From the IMG/VR virus record IMGVR_UViG_3300030376_002587, positions 1 through 49,480 of that record: a stretch of 49,480 nucleotides of DNA; one strand, given 5' to 3'. A program made the position numbers and the translations under genes. Below, piece after piece: positions 24,439-33,278 of the stretch. The notes beneath the pieces are model-generated. The model did no database searches, was not told the origin of the DNA, and was given only the letters and a program-made list of their open reading frames with translations. Each line of letters opens with the position of its first letter. The stretch's first letter is position 1. This DNA comes from a virus. Taxonomy: Duplodnaviria; Caudoviricetes.

Positions 24439-26597
24439 TGGGCATATTTGATAGATTAGGAAATTTTTTTAGAAATACAACAGAAACAAAAGAAGCACCA
24501 ACAGTCATGTATAATTCTGTTGGAAGTGGTTATAGCAGAAAAGATAGGTATGATGATTATGCTAGAGAAGGTTATCAACAGAATGCAATTGTATATCGTT
24601 GTGTAAATGAGATAGCACAAGGAGCATCATCAGTTCATTTTAAACTGTTTGATGGGGATATTGAAATAGATAACCATCCAATTATAGAATTATTGAAAAG
24701 GCCATCACCACAATTTGCTGGTGTAGAATTTTTTCATGCAATGTATAGTCATCTATTATTAGCTGGTAATAGTTATATTGTTAAAACAATGGTTAACAGT
24801 AAACCAACAGAGATGCACATATTACGACCAGACAGAATGAAAGTTGTTCCAAGCAAAACACATATACCAGAAGCATACGAGTATATGATTGAGGGAAAGG
24901 TTGCTAACAGATGGGAAGCAGACCCAGATACAGGAACTTCAGAAGTAAAACATTTTAAATTATGGCATCCATTAAATGATTATTATGGATTGAGTCCTTT
25001 ATCAGCTGGGGCAGTTGATGTTGACCAACATAATATGTCAGCAAAACATAATTATAATTTATTAGCAAATGGAGCAAGACCATCTGGTGCTGTAATATTT
25101 AAACCAAAAGATGAAAGTGGTATGTCATTGCAATTGACAGAAGGACAAAGACAACAATTGATGACTGATTTAGATTTAAGATTTGCTGGTAGTAAAAATG
25201 CTGGAAGAACTATGTTATTAGAAGGTGATTTCGATTGGAAAGAAATGGGATTATCGCCAAGAGATATGGATTTCTTACAAATGAAAAACATGACAGCAAG
25301 AGATATTGCTCTTTGTTTTGGTGTTCCCAGTCAATTAGTTGGAGTTCCAGATAGTCAAACTTATAACAATGTTTCAGAAGCAAGACTTGCATTATATGAA
25401 GACACAATCATTCCGTTACTAAGAAGAGTTGAGAGCGATTTAAATGAATGGTTATCGATTGATTTTAATGAAAATATTAAAATTGTTTATGATATTGACA
25501 GCATTCCAGCAATGGCTGAAAGAAGAAAAAGAACTTATGAAAATGTAACTCAAGCAGTTCGAGAAGGTATTATTACAAGAAATGAAGCAAGAGAAAGATT
25601 AGGTTACGAAAAAATAGAAGGTGGAGATGAAGTATATATTCAAGCTACATTGTTTCCATTAGGTGGTGCTGTTGAGTCAGACCAAGAAAAAGAACCAGAA
25701 GAAGTATCAAAAGATATTTATGGAGACAAAGAAGAAATTCGTAAAGATGTTTTTACAACTGTAGCAGAAGCAGAAGAAAGAGCAGAAGAGATTGGTTGTT
25801 TTGGTACACATTTTCATGAAAATGATGATGGTGAAAAAGTTTTTATGCCATGTGCAAGTCATGCTGATTATTTACGTTTGACAGGAGAGGAATTAAAAGA
25901 TGAAAAAGCAATTGCCGATGTCAATACAACTCCTACAGATGCAATGGCAAAGGAGGCAAAACTTGGTCTTGAATGGAGAAGAGAGTTCAAAAGAGGAGGA
26001 ACATCAATTGGAGTTGCAAGAGCAAATCAACTTGTCAGAAAAGAAAGATTATCACCAAGAACAGTAAGAAGGATGTTTTCATTCTTTGCAAGACATGAAG
26101 TCGATAAACAAGCAGAGGGATTTTCCAGAGGAGAAGATGGTTATCCAAGTGCTGGAAGAATTGCTTGGGCTTTATGGGGAGGAGATGCTGGATTTAGTTG
26201 GTCAAGAGCAAAAGCTAGACAATTAGATAATGCAGAGAAATCAGAAGAGTTTCATATTGATTTTGACATAGAGATTGAAGAGAAAGTTGCTGTATCAAAA
26301 GCTGTAGAACAGGGATTAAAAAAGAAAGTTGATGACCATAATGAAAAACATGGGGATAAGAAAGGCAAGAAAGTAACTCTTGGAATGTTAAAAAGAGTTT
26401 TTGTTAGAGGAATAGGTGCTTATCGTACAAATCCACAATCAGTAAGACCAAATGTTAGGTCAGAAGAACAATGGGCTTATGCCAGAGTAAATGCTTTCTT
26501 AGTTGCTGTAAGAACAGGTAAATATAGAAGTGGTAAATTTGATAGGGATTTATTGCCATCTGGTCATCCTTTAAAATCAGACAAAAAAATTGGATAA
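24438..26597 (+). CDS. HK97-family portal protein with ~300-aa C-terminal extension
   Basis: YGLSPL, NGARPSG, DIALCFGVP..LVG, NEARERLG, followed by extra domains. Confidence 0.92.
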   Translation: MGIFDRLGNFFRNTTETKEAPTVMYNSVGSGYSRKDRYDDYAREGYQQNAIVYRCVNEIAQGASSVHFKLFDGDIEIDNHPIIELLKRPSPQFAGVEFFHAMYSHLLLAGNSYIVKTMVNSKPTEMHILRPDRMKVVPSKTHIPEAYEYMIEGKVANRWEADPDTGTSEVKHFKLWHPLNDYYGLSPLSAGAVDVDQHNMSAKHNYNLLANGARPSGAVIFKPKDESGMSLQLTEGQRQQLMTDLDLRFAGSKNAGRTMLLEGDFDWKEMGLSPRDMDFLQMKNMTARDIALCFGVPSQLVGVPDSQTYNNVSEARLALYEDTIIPLLRRVESDLNEWLSIDFNENIKIVYDIDSIPAMAERRKRTYENVTQAVREGIITRNEARERLGYEKIEGGDEVYIQATLFPLGGAVESDQEKEPEEVSKDIYGDKEEIRKDVFTTVAEAEERAEEIGCFGTHFHENDDGEKVFMPCASHADYLRLTGEELKDEKAIADVNTTPTDAMAKEAKLGLEWRREFKRGGTSIGVARANQLVRKERLSPRTVRRMFSFFARHEVDKQAEGFSRGEDGYPSAGRIAWALWGGDAGFSWSRAKARQLDNAEKSEEFHIDFDIEIEEKVAVSKAVEQGLKKKVDDHNEKHGDKKGKKVTLGMLKRVFVRGIGAYRTNPQSVRPNVRSEEQWAYARVNAFLVAVRTGKYRSGKFDRDLLPSGHPLKSDKKIG

Positions 26598-26880
26598 TTT
26601 AGACGATAAATTTGTCAAGATTATATTAGAGAATTGTCAATGGAAGTTTGCAAAGACTATGGCATCCTACAATCCTCATAATTATACTTTAAAATCCAAA
26701 TGGAATGACCCAGTATTATTTGAAAATATTGTCAATTATATACAACAAAATGGAATTAGCGAATTGTTTAAATACAAACATTATACTCAATTATATCTTG
26801 GAGAATTTAAATATTGGACAATGGGAGAACCAGTAAAACAAACAATCCTAATTAATAGAAAACCAAAAAATATTTTATAA
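26590..26880 (+). CDS. Hypothetical protein (WKFAKTM..NPHNY...YWTMG...LINR)
   Basis: 96-aa ORF overlapping the portal end; aromatic-rich motif pattern. Confidence 0.65.
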   Translation: MDNLDDKFVKIILENCQWKFAKTMASYNPHNYTLKSKWNDPVLFENIVNYIQQNGISELFKYKHYTQLYLGEFKYWTMGEPVKQTILINRKPKNIL

Positions 26881-26906
26881 AAAAAGGATTAGAAAATCTA
26901 ACCCTT
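26878..26906 (-). terminator. Putative terminator for the minus-strand moron gene
   Basis: AAGG-A-TTAGA/TCTAA-C-CCTT stem with an A-run on the plus strand. Confidence 0.45.
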
Positions 26907-26920
26907 AATTTTAATTTGTT

Positions 26921-27178
26921 TTATAATTGAAATGTTTCTTTTAAAATTTCATTTCTTTTTTTTTCAATTTCTTCTTTTCTGTCAAAATTCATTACAATTG
27001 ATTGCAAAACATCTTTTAAAAAATTATGACAAAATCTTTCATCTGTTATAATCCCATGTAAAAAATAATCTTTAACTCCATCAATATGTTCTTTTTCATA
27101 AAATGAAACTTTTGTAATTTGTTCTATTGTATTTTCTTGTAAAATTTTTACAAATTTATCTAAATTGGATAATTTCAT
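26921..27178 (-). CDS. Hypothetical early (moron) protein
   Basis: AAGGGAAAAC leader and its own promoter. Confidence 0.7.
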   Translation of the reverse strand: MKLSNLDKFVKILQENTIEQITKVSFYEKEHIDGVKDYFLHGIITDERFCHNFLKDVLQSIVMNFDRKEEIEKKRNEILKETFQL

Positions 27179-27213
27179 ATTGTTTTCCCTTATTAAAATT
27201 AAGTTATAATATT

Positions 27214-27243
27214 ATTGTACATTATGGTAAACATAATGTCAAC
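27214..27243 (-). promoter_or_regulatory. sigma70-like early promoter
   Basis: gTTGACA ttat GTTTAC cataatg TACAAT (17-bp spacer); contains the inverted repeat ACATTATG/CATAATGT. Confidence 0.75.
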
Positions 27244-27285
27244 AACTATTTTATTAATTTATTTCAAAAAAAATTATTTTTTCTA

Positions 27286-27314
27286 TTGACATTGTTCACT
27301 ATAGTAATTATAAT
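27286..27314 (+). promoter_or_regulatory. Consensus sigma70 promoter
   Basis: TTGACA-17-TATAAT with GTTCAC in the spacer. Confidence 0.8.
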
Positions 27315-27342
27315 ATATATATAACAACAAGGGAAAACTAAA

Positions 27343-27468
27343 ATGTCATCATATAAAAGAAAAAAAGATAAAACACATTCTACATCAAGAAATTGGGAAA
27401 AGTCTTATAAGAAACAAGGAAAGGCAAAGGATAGAAGATTTAATAAAAAATTATGTAGGGAGGGTTAA
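27343..27468 (+). CDS. Small basic peptide (41 aa, MSSYKRKKDKTHSTSRNWEK...)
   Basis: AACAACAAGGGAAAAC leader; below the track length cutoff. Confidence 0.55.
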   Translation: MSSYKRKKDKTHSTSRNWEKSYKKQGKAKDRRFNKKLCREG

Positions 27469-27470
27469 TT

Positions 27471-27656
27471 ATGGAAGATAAGGATTTAACAACAACAGAA
27501 TTAAGAAATGCTTTAAATCACATGACAGAAGTGATATATAAAAAAGGGATTGACAATGTTTCTAAAGAAACACAAGAGGCATATCATGTTATGTCGAAAT
27601 TTTTAGAACATACAAATGGAGGTTCACATAGGTTTGCAACAATCTATTATCCCTAA
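27471..27656 (+). CDS. Hypothetical protein
   Basis: SD GGAGG. Confidence 0.6.
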   Translation: MEDKDLTTTELRNALNHMTEVIYKKGIDNVSKETQEAYHVMSKFLEHTNGGSHRFATIYYP

Positions 27657-28437
27657 AATAATTCACAAACAAAGGGGGCGACTAATATCACCCCCTAAAA
27701 TTTTGGGCATTCAACAGCGACTAAGAACAAACTTTGAAAGAAGATTGAGAACAAGACTATTATCAACCTTTAATAAGATTGGTAATTATGTTGGAGAAGA
27801 TATATTAAACGGACAAAGAACCCCAATATCATTAGATGTCAAACTAGAAAGAGATATTGGCAATACTATGATTGAACATTACAGAATAGTAATAGATGCC
27901 TTTTCATCAAGATTTTTAAACTCATTTCAAACAAAAGAAGAGATGAATAGATTTGAAAGAGTTATACAAAGATTTATTTTATTGTTTGGTGCTCAACAAA
28001 TTACAAGAATATCAGAAACCACAAAAAGACAAATATCATCAATAATTACAAATAATGCTGTTGAAGGATTAGGTATTGACATCATTGCAAGAAATATACG
28101 AGAATTTATGCAAGGTAGTTTTACTAAATATAGAGCAACTATGATTGCAAGAACTGAAACACATAATGCGGCATCATACGCAAATCATTCAATTGCGTTA
28201 GATATGAATGTGCCATCAATGAAAAAAAGATGGATTTCTACTTCAGATAATAGAACAAGGTCTTTTCATGCCTCATTAAATGGGGTAACTGTAGATATGG
28301 AAGAAGATTTTGTTGTAAATGTAAATGGAATAGAGTATTATATGAGTTATCCATCTGACCCTAGAGGGGGTGCTGTTAATAATATTAATTGCAGATGTGT
28401 ACTTGCTTATGTTACAGAAGATGATAATATAGTTTGA
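27616..28437 (+). CDS. Minor head morphogenesis protein (MuF/SPP1 gp7)
   Basis: RATMIARTET, W...D.RTR..H, NCRC. Confidence 0.9.
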   Translation: MEVHIGLQQSIIPKIIHKQRGRLISPPKILGIQQRLRTNFERRLRTRLLSTFNKIGNYVGEDILNGQRTPISLDVKLERDIGNTMIEHYRIVIDAFSSRFLNSFQTKEEMNRFERVIQRFILLFGAQQITRISETTKRQISSIITNNAVEGLGIDIIARNIREFMQGSFTKYRATMIARTETHNAASYANHSIALDMNVPSMKKRWISTSDNRTRSFHASLNGVTVDMEEDFVVNVNGIEYYMSYPSDPRGGAVNNINCRCVLAYVTEDDNIV

Positions 28438-28443
28438 GGAATT

Positions 28444-29208
28444 ATGAAAACCACTACAGAAGATGAGTTCACAGAAAGTGAATTAAATGACCAAATGGTT
28501 GCTGATAATCTTGATGAAAATGAAGAGGAGCACAAATTGGAAGAATTTGAAACTGGTCATTTAGAACTTAATGCAGAAATAAAAGCTGTTGAAGAAGATG
28601 AAGCAACCGCCAAAGGAGAATTTGAGGGATATGCTTCAATATTCGGTAATGTAGATTTAGGAAATGACGTTGTAGAAAAAGGAGCATTCATGACCTCTTT
28701 GAGAAAGAAGGGTCCTAAAAAGATTAAAATGCTCTATCAACATGATACAAAACAACCAATCGGTGTTTTTGATAAAATCAAAGAAGATGAAGATGGTCTT
28801 TATGTTAAAGGTCGTTTAGCAATGGGAACTCAAAAGGGAAAAGAAGTTTTTGAACTCATGAAAATGGGAGCATTAGATGGTCTTTCTGTTGGATATAGAG
28901 TTGATGCTAAAGGATATAGCTATGATAAGGACAAAAGGAAAAGAAAATTGACTAAGGTCGATTTGATGGAGATTAGTGCTGTTACATTTCCAATGAACCC
29001 CAAGGCAAATATTATGTCTGTCAAAGGAGAACGCACTATAAGAGAATGGGAAACACACTTGCGAGAGGCTTGTGGATTATCTCGTTCAGAAAGTAAAATG
29101 GGAGCAAATGCTCTTACAAAGGCTTTAAACCAGCGAGAGGTTGGCGATAGTCAGAATAATGAAATCGTTGCCGAATTGCGCAACTTAACCCAAATCATCA
29201 AGAAATAA
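28444..29208 (+). CDS. HK97-family prohead protease
   Basis: FEGYASIF, LYQHD, GLSVGY, EISAVTFPMN. Confidence 0.95.
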   Translation: MKTTTEDEFTESELNDQMVADNLDENEEEHKLEEFETGHLELNAEIKAVEEDEATAKGEFEGYASIFGNVDLGNDVVEKGAFMTSLRKKGPKKIKMLYQHDTKQPIGVFDKIKEDEDGLYVKGRLAMGTQKGKEVFELMKMGALDGLSVGYRVDAKGYSYDKDKRKRKLTKVDLMEISAVTFPMNPKANIMSVKGERTIREWETHLREACGLSRSESKMGANALTKALNQREVGDSQNNEIVAELRNLTQIIKK

Positions 29209-29219
29209 GGAGAAAAATT

Positions 29220-30437
29220 ATGTCTGATGAAATCAAAGAGGTAGTTGAGGGTATTGGTAAAGCTTTTGAAGAATTTAAAGCAACCAATGACGAGAGATTA
29301 TCTCAATTAGAAAAAAAGGGAACAACTGATGTTGTAACCGAAGAGAAGCTTGAAAGGATTGAAGCTGATTTAGATAAGTTTGAAGATATTAACCAAAAAC
29401 TTACTGCACAATCCAATGAAGCAAAATCAGTAAACGAGAAATTAGATCGTTTAGAAACAATGGTAAAAAGACCAACTGCATCTACAGTTGAAGAACAGAA
29501 AGACCTTGAAGGAAAAACTTTTGATAAGTGGTTACGAAAAGGTAAAGAAGGACTTGAGCCAGATGAGGTCAAATCTTTAGCAGTATCTGATGATACAAGT
29601 GCTGGATTTCTTGCTCCACCAGAATATGTGAGAGAATTAATTAAGACAGTTACTGAAACATCACCTTTTAGAAGTGTTGCTAGAGTAAGGTCTACAACCC
29701 TTAAATCTGTTCAAATGCCATCAAGAACTGCAACATTTTCAGCAGTTTTCGTAGCAGAACAAGGAACTCGTTCAGAAACAACTGGATATACAACTCAGTT
29801 AGAAGAAATTCCAACACATGAGTTATATGCTCTTGTTGACATTTCTGAGCAACAACTTGAAGATTCAGTTTTCAATGTTGAAGCAGAGATGAACAGCGAA
29901 TTTGCTGAACAATTTGCTAAGGCAGAGGGAACTGCATTTATAAGTGGTTCTGGTGTAGGAAAACCAGAGGGATTGTTGACAAACTCTAATGTTGGAACAA
30001 CTAATTCTGGTTCTGGAACAGCATTGACTGCTGATGGATTATTAACATTAGTTCATTCATTAAAGAGCAATTATGGTCAAAATGGTTCATTCATATTTAA
30101 CAGAACAACTCTTGGAGCAATAAGAAAGCTCAAGGACAGTGCTGGACAATATGTTTTCCAAGCTGGCATGATGTTGACTGCTGGTGTTCCAAATACAATC
30201 TTAGGTTATCCTTATGCAGAAATGCCAGATATGCCAGATGTTGCTGGTTCAGCAAAACCTGTTGCATTCGGTGATTTCTCAAGAGGTTACATGATTGTAG
30301 ACCGTGTTGCTTTATCAGTATTACGTGACCCATTCACACAAGCTACATCTGGCAATGTCAGATATGTTGCAAGACGTAGAGTTGGTGGTCAAGTAATCCT
30401 TGCAGAAGCAATGGCAACCCAAACCATTAGTGCTTAA
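29220..30437 (+). CDS. Major capsid protein (HK97 fold with delta domain)
   Basis: Coiled-coil N-terminus, GFLAPPE, GSGVGKPEG, LKDSAGQY, AFGDF, RVGG. Confidence 0.95.
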   Translation: MSDEIKEVVEGIGKAFEEFKATNDERLSQLEKKGTTDVVTEEKLERIEADLDKFEDINQKLTAQSNEAKSVNEKLDRLETMVKRPTASTVEEQKDLEGKTFDKWLRKGKEGLEPDEVKSLAVSDDTSAGFLAPPEYVRELIKTVTETSPFRSVARVRSTTLKSVQMPSRTATFSAVFVAEQGTRSETTGYTTQLEEIPTHELYALVDISEQQLEDSVFNVEAEMNSEFAEQFAKAEGTAFISGSGVGKPEGLLTNSNVGTTNSGSGTALTADGLLTLVHSLKSNYGQNGSFIFNRTTLGAIRKLKDSAGQYVFQAGMMLTAGVPNTILGYPYAEMPDMPDVAGSAKPVAFGDFSRGYMIVDRVALSVLRDPFTQATSGNVRYVARRRVGGQVILAEAMATQTISA

Positions 30438-30449
30438 AGGAGATAGACT

Positions 30450-30914
30450 ATGAAAGATATGTCAAATAATATAGCAACTGCCGTTTCTTTAGTTTCTGCT
30501 GTTAGAACAGGAGCTGGAAATGGAACAGGTGTTGATTTGCAAGGCTATGAGTCTGCAACATTAATTGCTGATGTTGGTGCTGAAGGTATTGCTTTAAATG
30601 GAACAAACTATTTTGAATTGTCATTAGAACATTCTGACGATAATTCAACTTGGACTGATGTTGCACAAGCCGATATTGTTGATGGAACAATCAGTAGTGG
30701 TGGCATCTGGTTAAAATTAGATGGTTCTGATAATGGTAATCCAGATACTGCTGGTGAAATCTACAGAGTAGGTTATGTTGGTGGTAAGAGATACATCAGA
30801 GGTGTAATAGCAATAGGTGGTTCACATTCTACTGGAACACCGATTGGCATGTTCGTTATTAAGGGGAATGCTAGACATTCTGCTGATAATGCTTTTACAG
30901 CACATGCTAGTTAA
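30450..30914 (+). CDS. Capsid decoration/cement-like protein
   Basis: Follows the major capsid gene; GVDLQGYE...HSDD...GYVGGKRYIR. Confidence 0.6.
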   Translation: MKDMSNNIATAVSLVSAVRTGAGNGTGVDLQGYESATLIADVGAEGIALNGTNYFELSLEHSDDNSTWTDVAQADIVDGTISSGGIWLKLDGSDNGNPDTAGEIYRVGYVGGKRYIRGVIAIGGSHSTGTPIGMFVIKGNARHSADNAFTAHAS

Positions 30915-30921
30915 ATAGAGT

Positions 30922-30987
30922 TTGGTAAGGGGGGTTCGTTTTCCCACGGTAATATTAAAATCTTTTCATATTTACCCCCCTTATCAA
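30922..30987 (+). other. Structured intergenic RNA element (14-bp stem with branched loop)
   Basis: TTGGTAAGGGGGGT/ACCCCCCTTATCAA enclosing CGT[TTTCCC]ACG and AATAT/ATATT hairpins. Confidence 0.55.
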
Positions 30988-31000
30988 TTTAGGAGATATT

Positions 31001-31300
31001 ATGACAATAAAAATGATAAGAATGGCATTAGGAGCAACAGATGAAACTGGTGCAAAAGTTAAGAATTATGTTGTGGGAGAAGTTATTGATACTTCAACTG
31101 CGTTTGGACAAAATCTCGCAAAGACTTTCATTGAGGCTGGATATGCGGAAGAAACAAAAGTTGTGGAGCCAACAGAAGTCAAAAGGGCAAGAAACACCGA
31201 TGGAACTCTTAAATCGGATGATAAGACAACCACAAACTATAATGAAGCATGGGAAGGTGGAAAAGCCCCAGAAAAAAAGAGGTCGACCAAGAAAAAATAA
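31001..31300 (+). CDS. Hypothetical protein (head region)
   Basis: SD GGAG; basic C-terminus. Confidence 0.7.
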   Translation: MTIKMIRMALGATDETGAKVKNYVVGEVIDTSTAFGQNLAKTFIEAGYAEETKVVEPTEVKRARNTDGTLKSDDKTTTNYNEAWEGGKAPEKKRSTKKK

Positions 31301-31654
31301 ATGACTGCTGGAATTTATCACATACACATTGAACAAGGTGCTGATTTAAACCTTACATTTACTGTTAAGGACAGTACAGATACAGCTGTTAATTTCAATG
31401 GATATTCAGCAGTTAGGTCAAAATTCAAAAGAAAATTCACAGACAGTTCTGCTTTAATTGAAGCAAATAACACAAATTCAAGATTAACATTTGGAGGAAC
31501 TCAAGGAACAATCGTTATGGCAATACCAGCTTCTGTTACAAGTGGTTTAAATGTTTCAGAGGGTATTTATGACATTGAAACAGTTGATAGTGGTGGTGGT
31601 GTCAACAGAGTTCTACAGGGTAGTTTCGAAGTTAGTCCAGAGGTTACAGATTAA
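31301..31654 (+). CDS. Structural adaptor protein (Ig-like/BppU-N-like)
   Basis: IEQGAD...YDIE...RVLQG.F.VSPEVT. Confidence 0.6.
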   Translation: MTAGIYHIHIEQGADLNLTFTVKDSTDTAVNFNGYSAVRSKFKRKFTDSSALIEANNTNSRLTFGGTQGTIVMAIPASVTSGLNVSEGIYDIETVDSGGGVNRVLQGSFEVSPEVTD

Positions 31655-31891
31655 ATGACAACAGTTACAATAACAGAACAAAAAACATCAGTTACTGCAA
31701 CAAACACAGGAGCCAATGTTACCCTTGCTGGAATACAAGGACCAGCAGGACCATCAGCAATTGCTGGTAAAAGTATTGCTACAGGAACAGTATCAGCAAA
31801 TGGTTCAATTCTTTTCTATAATAGTTCATCTGATAAATGGGAAACAACACTAACCCCAACAGGATTAACTATTACAGGGGGTAGTTTTTGA
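31655..31891 (+). CDS. Small structural protein with short collagen-like motif
   Basis: GIQGPAGPS; ends ITGGSF. Confidence 0.6.
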   Translation: MTTVTITEQKTSVTATNTGANVTLAGIQGPAGPSAIAGKSIATGTVSANGSILFYNSSSDKWETTLTPTGLTITGGSF

Positions 31892-32154
31892 CAATAATTG
31901 CTGAAAGGAATGAAAAAGATTTATTAGTTGATGGAAATTTTGATAGAAAAGTAATTCTTAATCAGTTAATAAAAGATTATAGATTTGATAAGAAAGATAC
32001 AGAAAAAGAATATGTTTATGAAGTTGTCTATCTTATAAATGTTATCTTACCAAGAATAGGTACGATATTAACAGAAGAGCAGTTGCTTAGTCTAAATGAA
32101 AACCAGAGGGTAAATTTTGAAATTAAGACAAGTAAGTCTACAATAGTGAGGTAA
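31888..32154 (+). CDS. Hypothetical protein
   Basis: TTGA coupling. Confidence 0.6.
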   Translation: MTIIAERNEKDLLVDGNFDRKVILNQLIKDYRFDKKDTEKEYVYEVVYLINVILPRIGTILTEEQLLSLNENQRVNFEIKTSKSTIVR

Positions 32155-32159
32155 ATAGA

Positions 32160-33278
32160 ATGGCAAATACATTACAAATAAAAAGAAGTACAGGCTCTTC
32201 TGCTCCAAGTAGTTTATCGGCTGGAGAATTAGCTTATGCCCAAGGTTCAGATAAATTATTCATTGGACATAGTGATGGTTCAACAATTTTAACAATTGGT
32301 GGAGCTGGTGCATTTTTAAGGTCTGATACAAATGATACTTTCAGTGGTAATTTAACGATAACTGGAACTCTTACAGTTCAAGGAACAACAACCACAATCG
32401 AGTCAAATACATTAACAGTTGGCGATAATATTATTGTTCTTAACAATGATGTTACTGGAGACCCATCTCAAGATGCTGGAATAGAAATTGAAAGAGGAAA
32501 TTCAGACAATGCTCTAATCGGTTGGAAAGAAGATGGAGATATATTTGAATTTAAAGTTGGTTCATCTGCTGGTAGTATAGGAACAGTTGCAAACATAACA
32601 GCAAGTGGCAATCTAAGTGTTGATGGAGTTTCTAATCTTGATAACACAGATGTTGACGGAACATTAGTTGTAGATGGTTCTAATATATCCCTAGACAGTA
32701 CAAGCACATTAAATATTGACAATTCCAATACATCTAATGGAATAACAATAGGAACAGCAACATCTGGTGTTCCAATTTCTATTGGTCATACAACTTCTGA
32801 AACAACAGTTAATGATAATTTAACAGTAACAGGAACAATTACAGCATCTTCTACAATAAGTGTTGCTACTGCCCTTGTTCCAGATGCGTCTGGTGGTGCA
32901 GATTTAGGAACAGCAAGTTTAGAATTTAATGATGCTTTCTTTAATGATGGTGCAGTAATAAATTTTGGAAATGACCAAGATACAACATTAACACATACAG
33001 ATGGAACAGGGTTAACTCTCAATTCAACAAATAAATTATGTTTTAATGACCCATCTCAATTTATACAAGGAATTAGTGCAACAGTTTTAGGATTAGGTGC
33101 TACTGATGAAATTGATTTAACTGCAACTGCAATAGATATAAATGGAACTTGTGATATTTCTGGTAATGCAACATTTGGTGGCAATATGACTATAACAGCA
33201 TCTGGAAAGACATTAAGTGGTTATACAAGTGGAACAAGTACATTGGACAAGTTTGTGATTGATGGTGGTACTTTCTAG
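32160..33278 (+). CDS. Fibre/spike protein
   Basis: Fibre N-terminal IKRS...LSAGELA motif; G/T/S-rich beta repeats; ends IDGGTF. Confidence 0.75.
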   Translation: MANTLQIKRSTGSSAPSSLSAGELAYAQGSDKLFIGHSDGSTILTIGGAGAFLRSDTNDTFSGNLTITGTLTVQGTTTTIESNTLTVGDNIIVLNNDVTGDPSQDAGIEIERGNSDNALIGWKEDGDIFEFKVGSSAGSIGTVANITASGNLSVDGVSNLDNTDVDGTLVVDGSNISLDSTSTLNIDNSNTSNGITIGTATSGVPISIGHTTSETTVNDNLTVTGTITASSTISVATALVPDASGGADLGTASLEFNDAFFNDGAVINFGNDQDTTLTHTDGTGLTLNSTNKLCFNDPSQFIQGISATVLGLGATDEIDLTATAIDINGTCDISGNATFGGNMTITASGKTLSGYTSGTSTLDKFVIDGGTF

